Assembly: GCA_049999805.1 (NCBI GenBank)
Contig: JBNGIO010006379.1
Coordinates: 330,718 to 384,314 of the forward strand
DNA from: Folioceros fuciformis
Lineage: Eukaryota
Length of the DNA: 53,597 nt
Direction: 5' to 3'
Position numbers and translations under genes: made by a program. Shown one piece after another: positions 21,633 to 32,963 of the stretch (positions are counted from its first letter, which is position 1; each line of letters starts with the position of its first letter). The notes under the pieces were generated by a model. That model did not search any database and was not told the DNA's origin. It saw nothing but the letters and a program-made list of their open reading frames with translations.

Positions 21633-23811
21633 TTCTCGCCTAGCTCCTCCGTCCAGCGCCAGAACTCCGTCAGTCTCGTGGGAAATCACTCCTTCATCTC
21701 ATCCCTCCGCTTGCAAGAACAAAATCTGCGTCACCCGGGTGCTGCACATCGTGGTCACGAAACACTGAATTAGCGCTAGCTAGTAACATATACACAGCCA
21801 GCCAGAGGCGGAACTCTGCGCGGCTGCAGCAGAGTGTGAATGCCAAGACACGAACTTGATCCTCTCCTTCGGTGAGGCTCACTGTGCAGAGCTTGTGTGG
21901 CGTGACTGCCACTCCCGGCACCCCTTAATTGAGGCCGGACGTGTACAAGTAGCAGAGCAAAGGACAGAGAGGGAGGCGACGCTCTCGATTGGGGACCAGG
22001 CAAAAGCATGCAGCTGGTCAGGGCCGCGTGGCAGAGGAGAGTGTGATAGAGGTGGATCGGCGTCTCTCCCCTCTTTAAGGCTCGTGGCTGGGCACGTTAG
22101 TTGGAGGGAAGGTAATGAAGTCCAGCCGGCCTTGCGACCCTGGGTAGGGGATGGGAGAACCTGTCCTGCTTACCTCTTAAATGCAGCTCGTGACGAGCAG
22201 CTTTCTGGAGAGTTCCCGGAGTTGCAAAGCTTAGGACCCACTGCCACTGCTGGCGGGAAAAAGATAGAGCAGCCGACGCGACAGGGAAAGGGGAACGAAT
22301 GATTCACTTATCCATAGGAGCCCTGGCCAGAAGTTTCGGCTGCGATGCCGCCTCCTGGGACCAGACTGGACTGGTGTGGAGCTCTACCAGCATCCCATTC
22401 AAGATCTGTCTGTAAGTATGTACATGTGTGAATAGTGCAAGGGCCCAATGCTAAAGAAGCGCAGCAGGTAGCCGCAACCGCCGGTCGCTCCTCTCTGCAG
22501 GCTATCGCAGGCTACGGCTGCCTTCACAGCTTTCAATGCTTAAACGTGCCATCATGCCGCTTTCCCAGTTGGTGAACGTACCCGTCTTTAGCTTGCGTGC
22601 GTTAGACGAGCATTTCTGTACCACGATCCAATGGCTTCAACAGGCTCTCAGACCTAAGCCCAAGTCCAAGTCCAAGTCCGCATCATCAAGAAGGCCTATG
22701 CATATCCTCTTTTGCAAGCAAAAACGATCACAGTTTGTACCAGCTGGTCGATCCCAGGCGCCCGATTCCGCAACCCGCAACTCGGCCATGCCCTCGCCCC
22801 CGGAGTCGTGCAACGGCTGAACTTTCGAAACGTTTCCCTCCCTGCAACAGCATTGTACGTTTAACTGCCACACGCATAACCGGCTTTTTCAAACACGGAG
22901 AGGGAAGTACCCCATGCAAGGAGTGATCCACCGTACCGTTGTCCATCCACAAGGGCTTCACATAATCTTGCTATGTTACATTAAATTTGCAACCGCGATG
23001 TCATTGGTTGCACTAATGTACCGGGTAACAGAACCAGGACTTGTCAATTCTCCTTACAAAAGCAGACCGAAACCTTGAATCCTATACCATACCTCCCATG
23101 TTCCCCAAGCTAATCCCTCGGTTCTTATCTCTCCGTTGATGGATCGATTTCCCATGTCTTCCCTTTCTTGGATAAAAACTTTAACTTTTACCTTTTCATA
23201 GTAAAGTAATATATTTTCTCCGACATGTCAAGTTTCATCAATTTGACAAACTAGACTTCGCTCGAGCGGAGTGGGGAGCCCCACACTAACACCCCATAGG
23301 TAGCCAGTTGTTCTTAAAGAATGAATAATTTGAGATTACAATTTCACTGGATAGTGCATAGAGTTACAGATGCGGAGTCAGCCTTGGACTCGGCGAGTGT
23401 CTCTCCGATACTGGATTGCACATACAAGGTGTCTTCCTCGATGGGGACCACTATTTGCTGTGAAGTTCAGATACTAACATCACTGGAACCCAACCTGCTA
23501 AACTTTTGACCAACCTCGCATTTCAGCACTGCCTCCATCACATATGACCTCTGCAGAGGTGGAGAAAGGACGGAGGGAATTACCTTGCATTAACTACTGG
23601 CCACCTGCCGAGAGCTCCTCTCGATCAAAATTGTAGGAGGTCGTAAGTCCCCCATGCTCTAATACTGGTACAGGGATCCCAAGCTGGAGCAGTCAACCGA
23701 CAGCACATGCATACACCATCCCGAAAGATCTGTCTTTCCCCTGGAAACTGGCGCAGCAAATGTGAGCCATGAGAGTGTAAGGCGGAACCGAAATCCATGC
23801 TTGACCTTCTC

Positions 23812-26800
23812 CTAGTACGGGTGCAGCAAGGGGTCTCGGTTGACATCCTTGTAGAGGAGATACCGCGATCTCGTGCGACCCAGAGCAGCATACCTGGTGC
23901 ATAAATACAGCAATATCAGGTTGGATGCACTCTGAGAACTGGCACCAAATAATCTGTCCAAATACAAAGCACAATACCACTGCGGGACAAAAGGAGCCAT
24001 CCAGATAACATCTCCAGCCTGCACTGGGTGCCTGCATTTAAGTCCACCACAAATCCTGTTACAGACCTGTTGCACCAACGGGGCCCGTGCCATACTAAAC
24101 TCCACGTCTTTAAAGATCTCTGATAGATCTTGTGACACCAGTTTCAAAGCCGGAACGACCAACAGACTTAACCTATCCCCGCAAATTACACCTACCATTT
24201 GTCTCCAAGCCGATATATACCACGTCCTTCCAAAAGAAGAAGACCATGTTGAAAGTAGTGCACCTCCTGGGAAACCCGAAGACAATATGCGAGATAACTT
24301 GTAATGTGAGTACTGGAAACTTATCACAAAAATTTCAAAAATCGTGCCACGATGATCAATCCACAATTCATAGTTGCATATACCTTGACATTCAAAAACT
24401 CGCCAGGTTGAAAATCCATGACCTATTACCACGTGAGACCCACCAGATTAGAAAACGACCCAAAGTCACGTACACTCTCTGCTACAGCTCACTAGACACA
24501 TACATGGATGTTGAAGTCGTAAGTTGACGATGTGGGTAGCAACTTCCGCAATGCAAATACCTGGAAAGGAAAGTGGCCAGGGGCTGAGCTCACAAACATT
24601 TTTTTCACCACATTTTTCAAACCTCATGGAAAAGTTCTCACCTCTCCAGGTGTCTCGAGCACAGGCTGCTTGTCTGTCACTCCTACAATCAGTTCTGGCG
24701 TATCCATGTGAACGATATCTTTGACGTATCTGTCATCAACGAACATCATAAGCAGTCAAAAGAACCATGGACTTCCAGAATGTTTTGAACAACAACTATG
24801 TAACGCGGGCATAATGTCAGGTGGCATCATGCAAACATCTTGCCATGTGGTGCTCGCACTCGAATCAGTGCCTCACATCCTCCCACATTTCACCGAGCAC
24901 GAGAAACATACCATTGAAGGAAAAAGGGATCAGCAAATTTTATTTCACATGAATGCTAACCTTCGCTCAAAAACAACAATTGTTGCTGCGTAGCTTGACT
25001 TCAGAGAGTGTTGCGTGTTCGGTGGCAAATAGGCAAACCAATCCACCTGGCAGCAACAAGTCAAAATGTATCACTAGGCTTTTCCAAAGGCTGTTCAAAT
25101 GTGTATGAAGTTAAGGAGAGGTCACGTAGCAAAACATAAGAACGGCACAAATGATATGAAGTCGTACATGCATATTGTAGCACTCAGTTGAACTGGTTGA
25201 AAGTTGTAATTCACCTTTCACAACAAAGATAAACCTGCATGGACCACATGCATGTCAGTGACGACGGTGCAGGCAAATGAATGAGGACAGACCACAGCAA
25301 CAACCGTCTTCAGGGAGCTTTGGACCAGGAATGCAATTCATTCAAGCAAATGCCACATGTCAAACAGAATACCTCTCAACGTCCCCAAGTGGAGGAGCAG
25401 AAGATGAATTACCTACACATGCAAAACATGTTCAGTTTGATGTGGAGAAAAAACATAGCTGCAGCAACAAGCACATACAGAACGATACACCGAATGAAAG
25501 AAACACCTAACAAGCAATGCAGCTCATATGTGGAAGCCCGAGACGAAATATCTAGAGGAACTACAACCACCTACGGAACAGCTCAATTTGAAGCTATGAA
25601 ACTGAGGGAAGACACTCCGGAAGAAAACCTTTCATTTGAGCCAAATACATAGAAAAATGAGACCCCATGGCTGGCGTGATCAAATAAGCACCCAATGTAT
25701 TCACCCTACAAAGAAACCCAGACCAGAAGATGTCAAGTCCTAAATTCCACCACCTTGTCGAGGTCAGGCGCGTGCCCCACAACAATGGGCAGAAGAAGCA
25801 TGGAAGAGGTCTGTCTGCAGAGCACACACACGACATTTGATATAACTCGAGCGAAAGGCAGAATCGAGTACCAGCCAGGCAAAGGACTGTAGACTTGGCT
25901 CTCTGGTGCAATGAGTGCATAATCCCTCTCATACACGCTTCTCGTAAATCCTGGTAAATCTGCACAGCACGCCAGAATGAAGTGGATATTAACGACGTTT
26001 GTTCGTGAGTGAACACCGTCAGCGTCCGGCTGTGTAATTATTATCCGGAAGATTTAAATACAGCTCCAAAAAGTGTAGCAGACGCTCATTTATCAGTTCA
26101 AGGCTAGTTGTCAACATTATCAAACTTGGGTTGCAGGGACTCGGAACGCTGCATGCCTTGCCTTCAACTGTGCACCATCCCTGTGCTCAAGAGAAATATG
26201 GCAATCGATGCCTGTCTGTAGGATAGGAGAATCCACTAAGCCAGAAAAGCCACAACCTGTAATGTGTGTGATCTTTTAGAATAATGAAATCTACCTCGCA
26301 AGTGAGCAGCTGCAAGAGTGGGCTCTGTGACTTTGGAGTAGACATTTTGTGCCCAAGGTTCCTCGGCGCCTTGAGCTCTACCAGCCGTTCCCGGAAAGTC
26401 CATGTCATCTGAGATATAAGATGCAGCCAGCCGCGAACTTCAGCAACTCAACGCAAACAAACACACAGGAGGCGAGGGATCCAAACGCAACAACACAAGC
26501 AGATCCAAGAGCCGGATAGAAGCGCCCAGGTGAGAGGCAAAGAACCCTAGACAGCGTGCAAGGAGGCATGGGCTTCGGAACGAGTGGTCCGGCGAAAGCA
26601 GCGTCGCCAGGCGGTGAGCAGCCACCACCATATTGCGGGCATTCACAGCGCGCCTGGCGGAGGCCAGCTAGTAGCCGTCGATGGACATGCACACCTACGG
26701 ACTCATAAATGGCTTGGAGCTGAGAACAGATAGAGAGCGAGCACAGTTGCGCACTGTGGATGGCACTTGCACCCTCACCTTCTTCCCAGCTGGAAGAGGA

Positions 26801-26914
26801 GCAGTAGCCAGCAGGCAGGTCGGCACCACACTGGTAAGAGCAGCAGCAGCAGCAGCAGCAGAGCAGCAACCGCAGTGACAGCAGAGGCAAAAAGCGTGAC
26901 AGGAGGGACGCCAT
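23812..26914 (-). CDS. UGLYAH: (S)-ureidoglycine aminohydrolase (bicupin), 13 short coding exons, N-terminal signal peptide
   Basis: Spliced translation includes [144 protein letters not shown] and [13 protein letters not shown]. This is colinear with Arabidopsis UGlyAH as I recall it. Confidence 0.95.
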
Positions 26915-27364
26915 GTCCGCGAGCTCGGCTCCACTCGCTTGCTCCCCAAAAACCCGCCGCCTGCACCTGTTCGCTGCAGCCGTGGTCCAAGTGACTCCGG
27001 GTGACGCCAGGGTGAGGCGTAACGGGGCGGGGCGGCGCGGGGCGAGGAGGAACGGCGCAGGCGCAGGCGCAGCCGCGAGAACACGCTCGGCTCGACTGCA
27101 GTAGCGTGCGTCGACCGCGCAGCCAGGCAGGCCAAAACAGGCCAGGCCAGGCCGAGCCAAAGGCGAAGCCCAGCCAAAGACGGTCGGGTTGGGACGGAAG
27201 GCTCAACTTTCGCCGGAGTTCAGGGGAAAAGGCAGCAGGCCTGACCTGCCGAGCGTGCGAAGCCCAGACACATCAGAATGGAGCAGCCACCATTTTTCCG
27301 TCCGTCCACGGCCGGCCCGGCGGCCATGGATGGATGGAAAAACGCTCCTTTCCTTTCCTTCCCC

Positions 27365-28870
27365 TTAGCCTGCCTGGCCTTGCCTCGCCCTGCCTGGCCT
27401 CGCCTCGCCTCCCCTCGCCTCGCCTTGACTTGCCTTTGCCTGGCTTCGGCTCTGCCGCCGCCACAGATCTGCAGCTGCTGAGGCTGCTGCTGCTGCTGCT
27501 TGCTGCTGCCCGGTCCCGCCTGGCTGCCTTGCTCTAGAACATTGTATGATATGCTTCTGAGCTGAGCTGAAGCGCAATTTGCAACTGGACAAGTGGACGA
27601 GACGCTGCTGAAGGAAGAGGAGGAGGAGGAGGAAAAGGAAGACGAAGCAGGAGAGAGTGGTGAAAGTACCGTCGCCAGGCTCGGCCTCGTCGTGGTGCGT
27701 GGAGAGCTTGGGCCTCTTGCGGAGATGTCTTCTCCNNNNNNNNNNNNNNNNNNNNNNNNNNNNNNNNNNNNNNNNNNNNNNNNNNNNNNNNNNNNNNNNN
27801 NNNNNNNNNNNNNNNNNNNNNNNNNNNNNNNNNNNGGGCCCCCGGGGGGGGGCCAGGGGGAGGGGCGGGGGGAGCTGGGAGGCGGAGGAAGGAGCATCGT
27901 CGGAGAGGGGCAATGGCAGGGGCAAGGGCAGGGCTGGGCGTGGCTGCTTGGTGGTGCGGCCGACGATGGAATCCATCTTTGCAAACCATTGCCACTTGGT
28001 CTTGGCGGAGCCTGTGGTGAACATTTTATCCTTTTCGATTTTGTGGCGCTTCTTGAGATTGTCCAGCTTGTTGCGGCACTGCAGCACGCTCTTGGCGGGC
28101 TTGTTGCCATCGGCCCGCGCGTTCACTGCGCTAGTTACTTCCTCCCAATCCCGTCCCCGCAAGTTCCGTCCGTTCAATTCTTCATTCTTATCGGTGAATG
28201 CGTCCAGCAGCGAATTGATGGCTCCATTGCTCCAGTCCGCGAAGGTATCCTTTTGCTTGCCCCTGCCCGACCCTGCTGCCCCTGCTGTCCCCGCTGCTAC
28301 AACCACTGCTGAAGCCGAACCTGCCCCTGTTGCTCCTCCTGCAGCAGCTGCCGCAGCAGCCGATGCTGCTGTCGCCGTTATGCTTCCTGCTGGTGTCAGG
28401 CTTCCCGTTCCCCCCTTGCCTCCTGCTCCTGCTACCAGTGGTGATGCCGTGCTACCAGGCCCCTCGCCCTCCCGCACGCTCTCCGCCCGGTCGGTCTCGG
28501 GGCTCTTGGCGTCCAGCGACTCGCCTTCGCTGGTGGCAGTGGCCGTGGCCGTGGCCATGGCCTGATCCATGGCTGGCGCGGAGGCGGGCCCGGGCCCGGG
28601 CCCGGCCCCCGGCGAGCCGGCAATCTGGTGCAGGAATAACCCCTGTTGCTGCTGTTGAAGCTGGTGCAGGCGATGCTGCTGCTGCTGCAGAAGTTGCTGC
28701 TGCTGCTGCTGTTGTTGTTGTTGTTGTTGCTGCTGCTGCTGCTGCTGTTGTTGTTGCTGCTGTTGGAGCTGCTGGTGATGGTGATGGTGGCGGGTGAAGG
28801 AGGAGGAGGAGGGAGAGGGAGGAGCGGCGGCAGCAGCATGGATTCCCAGCGGATGAGCTCCATTCGCCAT
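27365..28870 (-). CDS. Trihelix (Myb/SANT-like, SIP1/ASIL-type) transcription factor with polyH/polyQ N-terminus; 3' end uncertain because of a 100-N gap (27736-27835)
   Basis: DWSNGAINSLLDAFTDK...LRGRDWEEVTSAVNAR...KSVLQCRNKLDNLKKRHKIEK is a single trihelix domain. ATG at 28870 (MANGAHP). The stop may be near 27365 or 27220 depending on splicing and gap size. Confidence 0.85.
   Translation of the reverse strand: MANGAHPLGIHAAAAAPPSPSSSSFTRHHHHHQQLQQQQQQQQQQQQQQQQQQQQQQQQLLQQQQHRLHQLQQQQQGLFLHQIAGSPGAGPGPGPASAPAMDQAMATATATATSEGESLDAKSPETDRAESVREGEGPGSTASPLVAGAGGKGGTGSLTPAGSITATAASAAAAAAAGGATGAGSASAVVVAAGTAGAAGSGRGKQKDTFADWSNGAINSLLDAFTDKNEELNGRNLRGRDWEEVTSAVNARADGNKPAKSVLQCRNKLDNLKKRHKIEKDKMFTTGSAKTKWQWFAKMDSIVGRTTKQPRPALPLPLPLPLSDDAPSSASQLPPPLPLAPPRGPXXXXXXXXXXXXXXXXXXXXXXXXXXXXXXXXXXRRHLRKRPKLSTHHDEAEPGDGTFTTLSCFVFLFLLLLLFLQQRLVHLSSCKLRFSSAQKHIIQCSRARQPGGTGQQQAAAAAASAAADLWRRQSRSQAKASQGEARGGEARPGRARQGQAG
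28674..28790. repeat. CAG/CAA trinucleotide tract encoding polyQ, with adjacent polyH codons
   Basis: (gct)n/(gtt)n runs on the + strand inside the trihelix ORF. Confidence 0.92.
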
Positions 28871-28953
28871 GGCCCGTCCCGCCGTTGATGGATGCCCGGT
28901 GCTGCGACTTCCTTCCGTACCTGTTCCACCCACGCCAGCCAGGTACCATACCT

Positions 28954-29080
28954 TTCCTTCCCTCCCCTTTCCTTCCTTCCTTCCTTCCTTCCTTCCTTCC
29001 TTCCTTCCTTCCTTCCTNNNNNNNNNNCCTTCCTTCCTTCCTTCCTTCCTTCCTTCCTTCCTTCCTTCCTTCCTTCCTTC
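28954..29080. repeat. (CCTT)n microsatellite containing a 10-N gap (29018-29027)
   Basis: Directly visible. It lies immediately 5' of the trihelix start codon. Confidence 0.95.
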
Positions 29081-31683
29081 TCCTCCCTCCCCTTCCCTAG
29101 CGTAGCGTTGCGTTGCGTTGCGTCGGCTTTGGGCCTGGGCTGGGCTGGCTGGCTGCCCGCCCTCCAGGCTCCGTTCCGCTCTCTCCCTCGTGGGCCGCTG
29201 CCCCCCAGTCGACTACACTGCACTGGTGATGACTGTGGTCGAGTCTAGACTCGTCGACGACGACGACGACGGCTCCCGAGGGCCCCCCTCTCCTCTCCTC
29301 TCCTCTCTCGCTTCCCTCGGCTGATCTACATCGCACTTTTTCCCCTTGTAGGTACGACGGCCTGGCACTGGACGGACGGCAGTGGTAGGTAAGGTTACCC
29401 CACCTACTCCGACGGAAGTTCCGTTAACCGCGCGACTGTTGTCTTGCCCATTTCCCATCTCCCGTCTTCCCTCTTCCTTGGGCATGGTCTTCGTCCCCCG
29501 CTCCCGGCTCCCGGCTCCTTTCTTTCTTTCTTTTTCTCTTGTCTTGTCTTTCACCTGCTGGCAGTGCTGCTGCTCGTGCTGGTCTCGCAATTCAAATCGA
29601 TTCTCATGTCCCTCTCTCGTCTCTGCGAGTGCGCGCTGCACAGGGCCCTCTGCGGCGCGGCACCGTTAGCCAGCCAGCCAGATGGGCCTTGCATAGTGAA
29701 AGGAATCCGAATGTTGTGTACCTAATATTAATTATAACGCCATCTTCATCAGCCTATCTCATCAGCCGCGTGGTGAATGATTCCATTCCCACTTCCATTC
29801 CGCTCTCTCCGTCTAGCTCTTCGATATCAGCAGGCGCCAAGGCCAGAGGGCGGGGCAGCGGCAGGGGCCAGTGGCCAGGGGCAGGGGCAGGAATCCTGGC
29901 TTACTGCTGTCGTGATGTCGCAATTACTGACGCGGTACATCCAACGATGTACAACGGCTGTACATACACGGAGGTAAGTGGTGTGCGGTACAACGGGGTG
30001 CGGGAAACGGGCAGCGGGCAGCGGGCAGAGCAGCGAGGACTGGCACCACCCGCACGCGTTCACTTCACACAGTCACGCCCAAGAGCACAGGCCTGCTACA
30101 GGATGCTCAGCAGCAGCGGCATCAAGAGACCGATGAAGCTACAGCACCCAGCACACAGCACACTGCATACTGCATACTGCACCGCACCGCTGCAGCCTGC
30201 GCTCCTTCCCTGCCGGGTTGGCCCAAGTTGGGAGATGATGATCGTCGTCAGGAAAATGAAGGCAAGGGAATGATGAGGCTGCCCTAGCAACAGTGTGGAA
30301 GTCCCGACACCCTGAGAGCTCATCTGGCGCCATGAGATGCGATGCGATGCCTGGAGAGGTCACAGCTGGATGTGTTATTTAGGGCAGCGGGCTGCGGCAG
30401 CCATGACCATCAATGTCTCTCTCGGCTCTGACACAGGATCGCTCCCGGATCTGCTGGGTACTGGCCCGCATTAAGCTGGTCCTGGCCGATCTGTGCTGTA
30501 GGGCGTGGGACTCTGGTGCTGCTGCATCGGGAGCTCCAGCCTCCAGCTCCCAGGCCCCAGCATGTGGGGGGCGCCTCACAGGCATGGGACCAGGGGCCCT
30601 ACAACCTTCTCTTCTCTCTACAACGGGGGGAGATTTCTAGTCTAGACCTGGTAGATTTCCATGTCCAAGGAATATGGATGGAATCTCTGGGCTCCGCCAG
30701 GGCAATTGGGCAATCGGGCAATCGGGCAATCAGGCAACAATCTCGCCATCAGGCAACAATCGGGCAACAATCGGGCCATGCGGGTTTGCAGTCCCTCGGC
30801 CGTGGGCCGCCCGGGCCTTCCGCTGCCTCTGCCAGAGCCAGTGCCGGTGCCAGGGCTGTGTCCAGGACACACACACTGGATTGCTGGATGCTTCATCCCT
30901 TTTGGAAGGAATATCGTGACGTGGTCGACAGCAACACGCAAAAAGAGAGCACAGGGTACCCGGCCAGTGCCCTACTCTCATCAGCCTTTTGGCACACGCT
31001 CCACCTGCACTAAACCCATTCCCAACCGGCATCCCCCACACAGTGGGTGGCACACTCAGAGCTGGGTGCCACAATCTCACACTTGGGTGCCCAGAAAAGA
31101 TTTCTTTCATATCAACCCTTCCACTTTTCTGTTTTTTAAACCAATCGGTCCATTATATTTATATTCCACACGCCACTCACCGCTCTCCATGAAACGCGCT
31201 AATCCATTACTGTACGACACCACGTATCATGTGCCGCCCCTATGGCCAAACAACAACAACAACTTGATTTATGTTCACTAGGATGAAACAAGAGATTATA
31301 GATCTATAATAATAATCAGTGACAGGTGATACTACTGCCTCATTCAACTTCCAATTACGCATTCCATCCACACACACAAATGATCTTATCAAGGGTAGGT
31401 GATGCCATTCCCATGGAGTATGTCATAAATTCTATGAAAATACTTCATCACAACCATGTTAATTACCTTCAATTGATATATTTATTTCATGTAATTGAAT
31501 AATTGGAATGAGCTTTCTAATATGACCTAAAACGTTGTTATGCGCATACCTTAATACAACAATATAAGATATAGAATTCAAGCATAAGAAGTCAACTTGC
31601 CTAAGCCTAGTGCATGCAATGTGTCTCCTTGTACATTCTTCATTGTGTTTTATTTATTTTGTCAACTAATTGTATTATATCTT

Positions 31684-31754
31684 AACCGCATAGCATGATG
31701 GATTAGTGTGTTGGAGGGATCCAAAGGTTGTGGGTTCAAATCCCATCGTGGTTG
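31684..31754 (+). pseudogene. Decayed tRNA-like sequence resembling plant cytosolic tRNA-Arg(TCG); probable pseudogene or SINE head
   Basis: aaccgca-tagcatgatggattagtgtg-ttgga ggga tccaa-aggtt-gtggg ttcaaat cccat-cgtggtt-g folds as a cloverleaf with A- and B-box-like motifs. The anticodon loop is only 4 nt. Confidence 0.7.
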
Positions 31755-32385
31755 TCCAAGGGATGTATTTGTAATCCTTAAATTTTGATTATGGCTCAAG
31801 TTTTTATAGCAAGAACAAGTTTCACTCTAACAAAACAAGACAAGTGTTCATTGTGAGGACATATTTCCCTCAAGGAATCATGTTGATTGTTTTGATTGGA
31901 AGAAGAAGTCTATGATTGAACTTTATACTTCACAACTCATACCATATTGAATCTACTACTACTTGCACTTAGGGTTGAATATGCTACTTGCGTTGTTGAA
32001 TCTGCTACAAATTCCATCTTGGTTGTCCAAGAGATAAGTTTGTTAACCTTAAATTTTGATTATGGCTCGAGCTTTTACAGCAAGAACAAATCTCCCCCTA
32101 AGAGAACAAGACAAGTGTTCATTGTGAGGACAGATTTCCCTGGAGGAATTATATTGATTGTTTTGATTGGAAGAAGAAGTCTACGATTGAACTTCAAACT
32201 TCACAACTTCATACTTCACAACTTGTACCATATTAAATCTGCTTCTACTTGCACTTAGGGTTGAATATGCTACTTGTGCTATTGAATTTGTTATTACTTG
32301 TATTTAGGGTTGAATATGCTATATATACTGTTAAATATACTACTACTTGTACTTAGGGTTGAATGTACTTCTTGCACTAAGGGTA
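31744..32385. repeat. AT-rich ~270-bp tandem duplication plus short acttg(c/t)acttagggttgaat repeats
   Basis: ggttgtccaag...ccttaaattttgattatggctc...aagacaagtgttcattgtgaggac...ttgattggaagaagaagtcta occurs at about 31750 and about 32021. Confidence 0.85.
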
Positions 32386-32963
32386 TTCTTTCCTTCCACA
32401 TGGGTAACTATATATCATTCCCTTTTGTTGTAAAAAACCAGCATATTCTTTGTGGTACTTTTCACAATCCAAAGGTCACCCTAATCTCCTCAATCTCCAT
32501 GCTTGTTTCTAGAATAGATATTTTGAATACAAAATATATATTATATTCTAACAAATGCGATGCTATGGACCGGGCTACTACATGGTCAGCTAGGGACACG
32601 CAGAGGCAGTTCACCAACGGTAGCCCCAGTCCCATGGTAATGGTGAACCGCTCACAAGACTTCACCGTGTTACGCTCCGCTACTTTTCATCACAAGTCTG
32701 TACAATCTGCTGTAAGATTGTTAAAAACATGCCTCAACTGGCCATGGCCATGGCTCTGCCCCGCCCGTCACTTTTCTCTCGGAACCTTGTTTCGTCTGTA
32801 ACATCTTAACAAAACAGGATGGAACGGCTGTTTCACGGCGAGAACTACGATTCATGTTGTCCGGTTGACGCAAGGCAGACTAGTCTATTCGAGTCAAATG
32901 TGCAGCTCTAAGCCTGTAAGGATCTAGAACCTTTCGCATCGCTGGATGCAACACTGCAGCTCG

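Noticed and set aside
24195-24270. EVHYFQH instead of EVHYNQH as an inactivating change in UGlyAH
   Set aside because: The metal-binding E, H, H, the downstream Q and the YLLYK motif are retained, and this position varies among homologs.
29213-31281. Several 140-245 aa ORFs upstream of the trihelix gene
   Set aside because: They are GC-rich and built from short repeats (e.g. gggcaatc), with no recognisable domain or splice structure. They are likely spurious.
31684-31754. Functional tRNA gene
   Set aside because: The anticodon loop is reduced to 4 nt and the stems carry several mismatches. It is kept only as a pseudogene or SINE head.
31960-32385. ttagggtt motifs as interstitial telomere
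   Set aside because: They are isolated motifs within a longer repeat unit, not tandem TTTAGGG arrays.
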